From Macrostomum lignano (taxonomy: Eukaryota): 64,000 nt of DNA. The notes beneath the pieces are model-generated. The model was given only the letters and a program-made list of their open reading frames with translations, did not search any database and was not told where the DNA came from. The translations under genes and the position numbers were made by a program. This document shows positions 1 through 12,200 of the stretch, in pieces. Each line of letters starts with the position of its first letter. The stretch's first letter is position 1. The DNA lies in contig NIVC01003921.1 of the NCBI GenBank assembly GCA_002269645.1, positions 1-64,000 of the forward strand, read 5' to 3'.

Positions 1-479
1 GGTTTTTAAGAAGAAAGGTCAATGATAACACCAGGCAGCTCCTCTCGGGCTGGAAGTCGGCGCAGATGCCCAGATGCCTTTTCCCTGCGCCCCCCCCCCC
101 AGCGTCTGACATCGGGTAGAGAAAGCACTTCCAAAGCGACCCAACAGAGCCGTTTTTTGCCATCCATCTTCACTGCGATGGCCCAGCGAAAGCAGCGAAA
201 AAGAAACCCGTGGCTCTGCAGGTAAGGAGGCGGGTCCTGAGCGTGTTTGCCTGTCTGTCTGCCTGTCTAGCAACTATTAGTGCACAATAGTGCAAACCAC
301 TCGACTGCGAAAGCTACGAAAAATTTGCAGTTTGGTGTGGCAAGATATATAGCAAAATTATCTAATCCATTGCAGTTGTCTCGGATGCAAGCTGCAGTAA
401 AAACATCCAAAAATTGATTTCAATAGGTGCTCCTGTCTGACAATAGGTGCTCCTGTCAGAGTTTGCTGACAATAATTAG

Positions 480-1765
480 CAGTAGGCGCTTAGTGTGATG
501 GCGCTTAGTGTGATGGCGCTTAGTGTGATGGCGCTTAGTGTGATGGCGCTTAGTATGATGGCGCTTAGTGTGATGGCGCTTAGTGTGATGACGCTTAGTA
601 TGATGGCGCTTAGTGTGATGGCGCTTAGTATGATGGCGCTTAGTGTGATGGCGCTTAGTATGATGGCGCTTAGTGTGATGGCGCTTAGTGTGATGACGCT
701 TAGTATGATGGCGCTTAGTGTGATGGCGCTTAGTGTGATGGCGCTTAGTGTGATGGCGCTTAGTATGATGACGCTTAGTATGATGGCGCTTAGTGTGATG
801 GCGCTTAGTGTGATGGCGCTTAGTGTGATGACGCTTAGTATGATGGCGCTTAGTGTGATGGCGCTTAGTGTGATGACGCTTAGTATGATGGCGCTTAGTG
901 TGATGGCGCTTAGTGTGATGACGCTTAGTATGATGGCGCTTAGTGTGATGGCGCTTAGTGTGATGGCGCTTAGTGTGATGGCGCTTAGTATTGTATGATG
1001 GCGCTTAGTGTGATGGCGCTTAGTGTGATGGCGCTTAGTGTGATGGCGCTTAGTGTGATGGCGCTTAGTATTGTATGATGGCGCTTAGTGTGATGGCGCT
1101 TAGTGTGATGGCGCTTAGTATTGTATGATGGCGCTTAGTGTGATGGCGCTTAGTGTGATGGCGCTTAGTATGATGGCGCTTAGTGTGATGGCGCTTAGTG
1201 TGATGGCGCTTAGTGTGATGGCGCTTAGTATGATGGCGCTTAGTTTGATGGCGCTTAGTATTGTATGATGGCGCTTAGTGTGATGGCTCTTAGTATTGTA
1301 TGATGGCACTTAGTGTGATGGCACTTAGTATGATGGCGCTTAGTATGATGGCACTTAGTGTGATGGCGCTTAGTATGATGGCGCTTAGTGTGATGGCGCT
1401 TAGTATGATGGCGCTTAGTATGATGGCACTTAGTATGATGGCACTTAGTGTGATGGCGCTTAGTGTGATGGCGCTTAGTTTGATGGCGCTTAGTGTGATG
1501 GCACTTAGTATGATGGCACTTAGTACGATGGCACTTAGTATGATGGCACTTAGTATGATGGCACTTAGTATGATGGCACTTAGTATGATGGCACTTAGTA
1601 TGATGGCACTTAGTGTGATGGCGCTTAGTGTGATGGCGCTTAGTTTGATGGCACTTAGTATGATGGCACTTAGTGTGATGGCGCTTAGTGTGATGGCGCT
1701 TAGTGTGATGGCGCTTAGTGTGATGGCGCTTAGTGTGATGGCGCTTAGTGTGATGGCGCTTAGTA
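480..1765. repeat. 15-bp minisatellite (TGATGGCGCTTAGTG)n
   Basis: Roughly 85 near-identical 15-mers with GTG/GTA, GCG/GCA and TATTGTA variants. It generates the MALSV/HHTKR repeat ORFs. Confidence 0.97.
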
Positions 1766-2149
1766 GAGGGCACCAGAATGGTGTTGTTGAACATTCTGGA
1801 GTTAACCCCATAGCAAAATCCACAAGCTGTTGGTACCAGCCGAGTGCAGTAGTTTTATTGATCGCAATTTACATTTTTCTCCTTAGAACTGTTGGCTCTT
1901 TTTGCAATGCCGAAGTTTTTATCAATTAACTTTGGAATGTCAAGCAGTGCATACGAGTACAGCATTGGCCTGTTGACCGGATTGGCACATCTGACTCTGA
2001 CTCTAGGATAGAGAAAGTGGCGTGGAGGGAAACGGGAGCATGTGGGCTTGGAGAGTGAAAGTGAAAGAGGGACAATACGAGCGTACTGAGGAATTAAGAA
2101 GCGTAAAAACGCGAGAAAAACATTTAGGATGGAAAGAAGAGAACGAGAG

Positions 2150-2460
2150 AGTGAGAGAGGGAGAGGGAGAGCTGAGAGGAGAGTGAGAGAGGGAGAGCTG
2201 AGAGGAGAGTGAGAGAGGGAGAGCTGAGAGGAGAGTGAGAGAGGGAGAGCTGAGAGGAGAGTGAGAGAGGGAGAGCTGAGAGGAGAGTGAGAGAGGGAGA
2301 GCTGAGAGGAGAGTGAGAGAGGGAGAGCTGAGAGGAGAGTGAGAGAGGGAGAGCTGAGAGGAGAGTGAGAGAGGGAGAGCTGAGAGGAGAGTGAGAGAGG
2401 GAGAGCTGAGAGGAGAGTGAGAGAGGGAGAGCCGAGAGGAGAGTGAGAGAGGGAGAGAGG
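2150..2460. repeat. 26-bp AG-rich minisatellite
   Basis: Unit GAGAGGGAGAGCTGAGAGGAGAGTGA repeated about 11 times. The AG-rich tract resumes at 2829-2910 after the SINE. Confidence 0.93.
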
Positions 2461-2828
2461 GGGGCCGTAGCCCACCGGTCTAGCGCAGGCTCTGGTGTGC
2501 CAGCGACCCAGGCTCGATTCCAAGTGCAGTCACATTAATTTGGGGCTGAATTGGAATCTCGGCTTGGCTCTGCTCGTGCAATTAACGGCCTTGAGAGCCA
2601 ACCCCCCAAGGCGCAGTGAAGTGTACATGCCTAACGATAATATAAAGTTAGGGCCGCTGTACACTCCTGTGTGAGTGTGTGTCTGTGCGTATGACTGCGT
2701 ACGTATCCGCGCGCTTGTATGCCTGCTCAGGGGAGTCGGCGGAATGGGCAGTAATGCCTCTCGCCGGTTGTGAGCCTATGTCGCTTAAAGTGCGCCGGGG
2801 TGCACACAACCCCTGCCTCTAATAAAAA
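2461..2828 (+). mobile_element. tRNA-derived SINE, family A (copy 1)
   Basis: tRNA-like head with A-box-like TAGCCCACCGG and B-box-like GGCTCGATTCC, and an AATAAAAA tail. Flanked by a direct repeat GAGAGAGGGAGAGAG. Near-identical reverse copy at 32301-32664. Confidence 0.85.
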
Positions 2829-3491
2829 GAGAGAGGGAGAGAGATAGCTGAGAGGAGAGTGAGTGAGGGAGAGAGAGACTGAGAGAGAGGGGGAGAGAGG
2901 GAGAGAGAGGAGAGCCTCCAATCCCGGGCACTAACACGGTAAAAAGACCAGGAGCAAAAGGTTTAAATTGTAACAGTTGCCGATATTTCGAAATTGTTAT
3001 ATTTCTTCGTTAGGGCAAGTGAAAAGTAGCGACAAGTGGCGTTGTAAAAGTTATTAAATAGGCGGGGTGAGAGGGGAGAGAGAGTAGACAGGTGGATAGA
3101 GAGAGCGTACGGTATGTACACTTGGTGTGAGTCGATAAAACACTATTAGACTTAAAAATGCAAAATCACTGAATCAGTGCACAAATAAAGTGAACCGCAC
3201 GTGGGCTGCAGTGAACCTACACGCGAAATAAATATTGGAGCGGTACAGCTGCACCGGTGTCTAAAAAGGGAAAGAGTGACGCTAAGCTCTTTAGAAAATA
3301 GACTTCAATAAATAAATAATGAGAAGGCCCTCAAAAACTGAAAAAAATTAAGCAATTGTACGATAAGCAGTAAAAGTGAAAGTAAAAGTAAAAGTGAAAG
3401 TGAAAAGTGTAATAAAAATGTACAGGGTGTCAAAAAACAATAGAAATGTAGATGCAGAATAAATGCTGGTCAGCTTGAAATACAAATACTT

Positions 3492-4030
3492 GCCCTCGCG
3501 GACCCAGAAGACGGTGATGTCCAAAAAGGCCACCTCCGTGCTGCTGTAGTTGAGTTGCAGCCTAATATTCGGGTCAAGGTCATCAAGGAGTCCGTGGAAG
3601 CGGATCAGTTCGTCTTCTGTCCCGCGCCACACGCCGAAGATATCATCAATGTAACGGAGCCACAGGGCGGGTTTCTGCGGGCTGACCGCCAGGCCGTGCT
3701 GCTCCCAGTAGCCCATGTAGATGTTGCTGTAGCTGGGCGCAAACGACTTTCCCATGGCCGTGCCTTTGACCTGCAGGAAGTAGCTGCCATTAAATCCGAA
3801 GTCGTTGCGCTCCAGATTCGGCTTGAGCAGACTGAGGAGGCTGGCATCCGGGCGCTGGCTGTCCGGGTGCGTGCTCCCTGAATGCTCTCCGCACGCACTC
3901 GAGGCCGGCTTCCGTCGGGATGTTGGTGTACAGGCTGGCAACGTCCATGGTGAACAGGTGCTGAGAGGAGTGTGTAAGGTGGCAGTGGAGGGTGAGACAA
4001 GCGAGTGGGCATGGAGATTTAGGTCTGTCT
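3492..4030 (-). mobile_element. Penelope-like element (PLE) reverse transcriptase remnant, frameshifted and truncated
   Basis: Motifs MDVASLYTNIP (ORF 3790-4221), then in another frame QVKGTAMGKSFAPSYSNIYMG, WLRYIDDIFGVW and FLDITV (ORF 3348-4040). These are typical PLE RT motifs. Frame switch near 3880. Confidence 0.88.
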
Positions 4031-4434
4031 GAATGCCCAATTATTGCATCAGACGCATCAGTGGGCAGGAGGTACTGAGTGCCCAAGCACCCGTGAGAGA
4101 GAGAGAGTTTGATCTGTGCAGTAGGCTGTAGGAACAAATTGAACACTGAAAGCACAGCGAAATGAATTCCGAACACCGTCTGGTCCGGTGCGTCCGTACC
4201 AGCACTCTGTGCACCACCCACCCCATTCAGCTGACAAATAAGGCAGCAAAAATATCATTCGAAAAATATTTTCAATGGCTGACTCATGCTGCACCCTGAC
4301 GTCAAGGAGTTATGGGATGAAACTACCACCCTTCATGGGATTCGAAAATCTAGTAGCATCAGAGGAATTGACATCAATAATCCATGAAATAACAAGCATC
4401 TGAAATACAAACTTGTTTTTTCTTTACTCCATGC

Positions 4435-5100
4435 AGGAATGCTGGACTCCAGGCATCTGGAATGAAGCTGCTTACTCCATGGAATGCTGGACTCCAGGTA
4501 TCTGGAATAGAAGCTGCTTACTCCATGGAATGCTGGACTCCAGGCGTCTGGAATGAAGCTGCTTACTCCATGGAATGCTGGACTCCAGGTATCTGGAATG
4601 GAAGCTGCTTACTCCATGGAATGCTGGACTCCAGCCAGGTATCTGGAATGGAAACTGCTTACTCCATGGAATGCTGGACTCCAGGTATCTGGAATGGAAG
4701 CTGCTTACTCCATGGAATGCTGGACTCCAGGCATCTGGAATGGAAGCTGCTTACTCCATGGAATGCTGGACTCCAGGCGTCTGGAATGAAGCTGCTTACT
4801 CCATGGAATGCTGGACTCCAGGTATCTGGAATGGAAGCTGCTTACTCCATGGAATGCTGGACTCCAGGCATCTGGAATGGAAGCTGCTTACTCCATGGAA
4901 TGCTGGACTCCAGGCGTCTGGAATGAAGCTGCTTACTCCATGGAATGCTGGACTCCAGGTATCTGGAATGGAAGCTGCTTACTCCATGGAATGCTGGACT
5001 CCAGGTATCTGGAATGGAAGCTGCTTACTCCATGGAATGCTGGACTCCAGGTATCTGGAATGGAAGCTGCTTGCTCCATGGAATGCTGGACTCCAGGCAT
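4435..5100. repeat. 45/46-bp minisatellite
   Basis: Unit CATGGAATGCTGGACTCCAGGTATCTGGAATGGAAGCTGCTTACTC, about 14 copies. Confidence 0.95.
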
Positions 5101-6268
5101 CTCCTGGAACAGCATGTACCTACCTATAATTTGACGCGTATGGCTTTCCTCAATAATAGCAATCCATGACCTTCGTTCATCCCTGCATATCTATCGTATA
5201 TTTAATAGTTTTCTACTTTGGCTACTGTTATACTCTCGTTATAGCAGCAAAATTGAACGCGAATACGGGCAATTCAAGAATGTTGCGTTCCCTTCACTCT
5301 GCCAGCATCCCAAAACTTCCCGCATCATTAAAGTTGGTTTTGATTGAAGGCAGCTCGTTCGGTGCCGTCGTGGATGAAGAACGGTCCGATCGGCAGCAAG
5401 AGGCAGGCGGTCCAGCGCGCGCGTCCTTCAATAAAAATTTCTGGCATAAACGCTTAACACCTGCAGGTCACGGTCAGTAAAGTTCACCGAACCAGGAAGT
5501 TCACCGCATATGGCAGTTTTATGCCCTGTCTTTTATCATTCTAGTTTTCTTGGATCCTCTCTCTTCGCGGATTTGTCCTCAGTTGACCTCTTCGTTAGCT
5601 GCAGTAGTGGACAGGGACAGCTTCTGTCACCAATTTATTGCCGCTGATTTTGGAAGCAAATAATTGCAGAAAGCAAGCAAATTTATTGTTCTATTCTAAT
5701 AAAAATTCTAAACGTCTACAGTACTCTCTCCGCTGGCCATCATGCACTACACGTGAGCCAAAAATCATTTGGAGCGCACAGAATCGTACGGGAAGCGTAT
5801 TTGACATCATGAAAAGCATTAAATATGAAAGTTAAGCTTTATTTCTTACTATGTGAGTGTATATTTGTATGATTTTAATATATTATATACTTAGCAACAC
5901 TTTAACACCCCACGCACCCCACTCGCGATGCCAAACGGCCCAAAAGTTTTGCCTGGTCTCAGCTGCCCCAAGAGTTCATCAACCGGCTGGTGATCAGGTT
6001 GCCAGGGCATTAATGATGACATTGTATGACTTTTGTGCCGCGTGACAGCGTCAGTTAGGGGGGGGGAGCATAGATAGAAATTCTAGTGCTTCAGCATAAT
6101 TTTTTAAGAAAACGGCAACGGCAACGCGGAGCAGAATAATTTCAACATTCGGGTAATAAATAAATAGCAACTAGCAATAGAAATATATTATTCGATTATT
6201 CGAACACTATAATGTCACAGATTTGTACCGAAATTTATCCAACATAGCCAGCAGCAAGGTAGCGTGTT

Positions 6269-9200
6269 TCAAACTGTCAGGGTACCGTTAATGTACTTGG
6301 CCCATTCGATAATGTTCCTGGTGCAGACCACGCACCTGGCTATGTGGCCAGTGCCGCTCGCGTAGGTGAAGGTCTCCGATTTCAGCACGGGTTCCTCTGT
6401 CTCCGTGGCGCGCAGCCACAGGGTGTGAAAGTCTTTGAAGTAGCCGCAGCTGCCCTCGCCTCGGCATTCGATGAACATGTTCTTCTTGAACCTTAGGCAG
6501 CTGCCTGGCGAGGACAGAGGCTGCACCGAATCTCCGGGGTTTGGCGGCCGAACTGCGGTGGGGGCGACGGGTTGCTGCTTGTAGATGTCTGAGTGTGCTT
6601 GTGGATGGCTGAGTGTGCTTGTGGGTGGTTGAGTGTGCTTGTGGATGTCTGAGTGTGCTTGTGGATGTCTGAGTGTGCTTGTGGGTGGCTGAGTGTGCTT
6701 GTGGATATCTGAGTGTGCTTGTGGATGTCTGAGTGTGCTTGTGGGTGGCTGAGTGTGCTTGTGGATATCTGAGTGTGCTTGTGGATGTCTGATGGTGCTT
6801 GTGGGTGGCTGAGTGTGCTTGTGGATGTCTGATGGTGCTTGTGGGTGGCTGAGTGTGCTTGTGGATGTCTGAGTGTGCTTGTGGATGTCTGAGTGTGCTT
6901 GTGGGTGGCTGAGTGTGCTTGTGGATGTCTGAGTGTGCTTGTGGATGTCTGAGTGTGCTTGTGGGTGGCTGAGTGTGCTTGTGGATGGCTGAGTGTGCTT
7001 GTGGTGGCTGAGTGTGCTTGTGGATGGCTGAGTGTGCTTGTAGGTGGCTGAGTTTGCTTGTGGATGTCTGAGTGTGCTTGTGGATGGCTGAGTGTGCTTG
7101 TGGATGGCTGAGTGTGCTTGTGGGTGTCTGAGTGTGCTTGTGGGTGTCTGAGTGTGCTTGTGGATGGCTGAGTGTGCTTGTGGATGGCTGAGTGTGCTTA
7201 TTAAGCGTAAATATAGTCATTGACAGTTTGATGCCAATAGATACTCACTGTTAAGAGGCTGTGACCATCCCAAAGCGATCTCCATCCCGAGGGACAATTC
7301 GGCCTAGTATTGGTGTAGTTGTGAAATGCGTACACCTGCAAATAGATGGAGAGTGGTGGTAACGAATGGATCTTTTTTTCGGTTTCTTAAAATTGATTTA
7401 AATACAGCGTACATTTTCTCAATGTACATTGCCTCAGTGCGTAGATGCTAATAAAGTAAACAATAGTTGCTACTAACCTTGCTGGGCGAATAGCACACGG
7501 CGCAACGACTGATGTACTGGGACATGTTCCTGTAGGTGTCCAAGTCCATTGCCATCTCCATGGTAACGGAGACGTCCGTGCTCAGCCAGTAGGACAGGCT
7601 GTTCCTCTGGGCATTGTGGCAGTTCTTGGAGTTCTCGCACAGGCTGAACGGCATTACGTTGAAGCGTCGAAGGCAGGAGCCGGGACTGCCGAGGTCGTAG
7701 ACTTTGCTGTACGAGTTCGAGAACACCGACATGAACGAGTAGCCGGCCCAAAGGCGCTGCGTGCCGCTGGGACAGCCGGGAACGTCGGTCCGCTGACTGT
7801 GCAACGCGAACATGTCGCCCCGCAGGTTGCGACCCTCCGGACCGCGGTCACCGTCGCTGCCCGGCTCGCCTTTGGAACCGTTGTCGCCGCCGTCGCCGTG
7901 ATCACCCTGCTGGCCTTTTGGCCCCGGCGGGCCCTTGTCGCCAATGGGCCCCGCCTCGCCCAGGTCGCCTTTTGGCCCCGGTGGTCCTCGCGGACCCCTC
8001 CCGCCGGCAGGCCGTCGCGACCCTCTCGACCCGGCGCTCCCGGGTGCCTTTCTCGCCAACCTCGCCAACCTGGCCGACGCTGCCGGTCACGGAGTCGCCC
8101 CGTTCACCTTTCTCACCGTCGCTGCCCCGGTCGCCGACTTGGCCGCTCTGGCCGCGTGAGCCCAATCTGCCCTTGTCGCCTTTAAACCCGGCGACGCCTT
8201 TGGCTCCGCGTTCGCCCAGCTCGCCTTTCGCGCCAACTCGACCGTCCGGACCGACCGCGCCCTTGCGACCCTGCTTGCCCAGCGGCCCAGACGAGCCTTC
8301 AACGCCTGTGACGCCTTTGTCGCCTTCCAGGCCTACGTTGCCCTTTTCTCCGGCCTGGCCCTTGTCGCCTTGCCGGCCCTTGATAGCGTCCTGACCCTTC
8401 AAAGCATCTTCACCGGCCTTGCCTTTGACACCTTTAGGTCCTGTGTCGCCCAGCTCGCCTTTATCGCCTTTCTGCCCGTCGGTTCCGGTTTCGCCTTTGA
8501 GCCCGACGTCGCCATCGCGACCCTTCTGGCCCCGGTCGCCCAAATCGCCCTTGTCACCGACCGAGCCCTTGCTGCCGGTGGCGCCTTTTACGTACACAGT
8601 GTTCACGTCACCGAGCTGGCCGCGGTCGCCCTTGTCCCCGGTGTCTCCGCTGTCTCCAGTGAAGCCTTTGTCGCCCACTGACCCTGTCGAGCCATTGTCG
8701 CCGCTAACGCCTTTCTGACCGCGCTCGCTAGCCTCGCCAATCTGGCCTTTCAAACCTTTAGCGCCTTGGTTGCCAAACGTGCCTTTCCGACCGACGTTGC
8801 CGTCGCTGCCGTTGACTCCTGGCTCACCGACAGGGCCGCGGTCGCCTACCGGCCCCCTGGCACCCGTGTCACCCGGTGGACCCTGAGGACCGATGTCTCC
8901 GAGGTCGTCGCTGCGTCCGCCAGCCCCGCCGCGCATGCCTTTGGCGCCTTTCTCGCCCAACGGGCCCTTGGGTCCTCTGGGTCCCTTGTCGCCCGGTTGG
9001 CCATTCGGTCCCTTGTCGCCTAGGAAACCTTTGTAGCCTTGGTTACCGCGGTCACCCTGTGCAATATTTTTAATAATAACTGTAGTTTATATCCTTAAAC
9101 TCCATTCTCTGTTCATGTGAATTGTGAACCAACCCCTTCTCTCCTGCTCCTATTTTCTTTTGATGAACGCTTAGCGCTCTGCCCCGTCCGTCATCTCTCT

Positions 9201-12200
9201 TTTTCTTATTCTCCTCTTCCCCTATGTACATGTAGGCCCATCCTTTCCATGGCTTTCTTGCAATGCACGCTTGCCGCTTCTCGCTCCACCCCGCCTGTTA
9301 TTTCTCATCTCCTACACTCACACATTCGGCCTATGTACAAGCATGCCCCACCCCTCCCCAGGTTTTTTTCTATGTACGCTCTCTCTCTCCTGTCTTTTGT
9401 CTCTCTCATCTCCTCACCCGTTCGTCTATGTACATGTAAGGCTCCCCTGTTTTATTATCGCCCATTAAAAGCGAAAATAAACTAACGAGAATGCTCCATG
9501 ATGCTACCACTGTCTTTTTCACTACAGAACAAACTATACTCCTCATTGATTCATATTTTAAAACAAGACTGAATAGGCCTGATTATTGAAGTATAGCAAC
9601 TTTAGATCCGCTTGGTCTCACCTGAGCACCCAGCTCGCCTTTCCTGCCTTCTCGGCCATCCATTCCAGCCGTGCCATTATCGCCAACGGTTCCCTTGGGA
9701 CCCAGCGGCCCAGCCGGTCCGTTCGGCCCGCGAGGACCGACGTCGCCTTTCTCGCCCGTCGGCCCGAAGGCTGCGTAGCCGCGCGGCCCGACGCTGCCAT
9801 TGTCGCCTTTAGCACCGACTGGACCGTCGGGACCAGGCGGGCCACGGCTGCCAATATCGCCGAGCTTGCCCTTGGTGCCCTTGTACTCCTTGCCGGGCCA
9901 GCCGGGCAGCCCGACGTTGCCCTTCGGCCCGGTGTCACCTTGAACTCCTTTGAAGCCGGTGTGGCCGACGGGTCCTTCAATACCGATCGTACCGTTCTCA
10001 CCTTTGTCGCCCTTGACTCCGACGTAGCCTTTCTCGCCTTGAACTCCTTTGTCGCCTTGCGGGCCTCGTTCGCCTGCGGTTCCGTTGGGACCGATCGGAC
10101 CCCGATCCCCGGCCTCTCCGAAGTCGCCCTTCTGACCCCGGTCGCCCTGAACGCCCTGGTAGCCCTTGGGGCCGATGGGGCCCGTCGGGCCTCTGCGGCC
10201 AGTCACGCCCTGGTTCCGATTGGTCCGGTTGCGCCCATCCAGTCCGGGCTCGCCTTTGTCGCCAGTTAAGCCGGTTGCGCCTTTCTCTCCTTTCTCACCC
10301 CGGTCGGCTGGATTCTCGTCGCCTCGCTCGCCTTTCTGCCCAGTCCGTCCCTTCTCGCCGTTTGCACCCTGTTCGCCAAAATCACCCAAATAGCCGGTGG
10401 CACCTTTGATGCCGTTTGGCGCATCGTCGCCCGTCTCGCCGCGCGGGCCCGTATCACCTCGTTCGCCCTTGTAGCCGATGCTGCCATTCTCGCCGACGAC
10501 GCCTTTGCTCGCGCTGCCTTCGACACCTTTGGGACCCTGGTCACCGCGACGGCCTTTCTGCCCGATGCTGCCATCAGTGCCGTTGTCGCCTTTGAGGCCT
10601 TTGACGCCTTTGAAGCCGAGGTCGCCCTTCTCTCCGACGTCGCCTCGAGCGCCCTGATCGCCGCGAGTCCCATTTTCGCCGCGGTCTCCGGTCTGGCCTT
10701 TCCGGCCGCGCTTGCCGTTCGGCCCTACGATGCCCTTCTCGCCGAGGCCGCCGTTGACAGCGGAATCGCCTTTGTCACCTTGCTCGCCTTTGAAGCCCAA
10801 TTCGCCTTTGACGCCTTTGACGCCTTTACGATATTCGCCTGTCTCTCCTTTGATTCCTTTGGCGCCTTTGAAGCCTTTGGCCCCGGCGATGGAGCTGGCG
10901 TTCTCGCCTTTAACACCGACGAAGCCTTTGGGGCCCTTCTCGCCTTTGTGACCTTTGGTGGCGTTCCTGCCGTCCAGTCCGTGCGCCGCATTGTCTCCCT
11001 GGCAGGGGCGGAAAGAAATAGTGAAATACTGTTGGAAACATTGTGGACCTACTCTGACTGCTCACTTTGGACCTTTCTTCTCGGAACTAATTTTGGGACT
11101 TAATGTGTACATCTCTTTAAAAATTGTTTGGGACGGCTTTCAGGATTCATTTTATTTCATTTTGGCCTCCTTTAACTCTTTTAAAACATTTACTTCAAGA
11201 CAAATCTTTGGTACTTATTTTTTATTGTTTTAGCTCCTTTCATGACTCATAGCAAACTCAACAATTTTTCGACTTACCCTCTCGCCCTTGTCGCCAGTGT
11301 AGCCCTTGGCCCCCAATCTGGCGTCCTCGCCGAAGCTGCCCTTCTCGCCTTTTCGTCCAGCCTCACCGGTGCTGCCCCGTTCGCCTTTCTCTGGTGCCCT
11401 GGTGCCCTGCGGCGGCCGAACTTCGCCCGGCTCGCCCTTGTCACCTTCGAAGCCTTTGGCGCCTTCATTGCCTGGGAAACCCTGGGGATGCGCAATGACA
11501 GAGCGAGTTGTCGTCTATTCTTATTCTATTCTATATTCTCATCTAATTATCTAATCTCTTCTAATCCAATCCTACCTTATTCTATTCTAACTTTTCGTTC
11601 TCCCTTGCTCACCTGCGGTCCCCGATCTCCGGCTTCACCTTCGTCGCCTCGCAGGCCGACGTCGCCAAAGTTGCCGGGGACCCCCTTGGGTCCGAGGTTA
11701 CCGCGGTCGCCGGCTCGGCCCTTGGCGCCCTGGTCGCCCTTCTGGCCCTTCCTCGGCGCCGGCGGCGTGCAATCCTCGTAGCAGCCGCCTTTGGCCCCGA
11801 CGGCGCCTTTCTTACCAGTCTCACCGGAGCTTCCGGGTGGCCCCTCCAAGCCTTTGACGCCCTTCGGTCCGCGCTCTCCCTTCGGCCCGACTGTGTCGTT
11901 GCCGGTCGGCCCGGGCAGTCCAGGCACCCCGATGCCGCCCTTGAAGCCAGTCTCGCCCGGCGGGCCCTTGTCGCCGCGCTCGCCTTTGCCCGTGTCACCG
12001 AATACTCCGATATCGCCGACGTAGCCGATTCGCCCTGGCGGCCCTGTTGGACCTTTTTCGCCTTTCGGGCCTTCCTCGCCCGGGTGTCCGGTCTCGCCGG
12101 CCAAGCCTCGATTGCCGTCCGAATGGCCGAATCCCTTGGCTCCGGTGGCGCCCGGCTCGCCCTTCCGGCCACGCTTGCCGACCGGACCGAGTTCGCCTGG

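Noticed and set aside
22-225. Possible exon ending at CAG|GTAAGG (221/222)
   Set aside because: A good donor, but no recognisable protein and no downstream partner exon found in the window.
495-1929. Long ORFs (MALSV..., HHTKR..., LSAIT...)
   Set aside because: They are translations of a 15-bp minisatellite whose unit lacks stops in several frames, with no unique flanking coding sequence.
4030-4300. Hammerhead ribozyme expected near the Penelope fragment
   Set aside because: No CTGANGA...GAAA core with flanking stems was found by eye on either strand.
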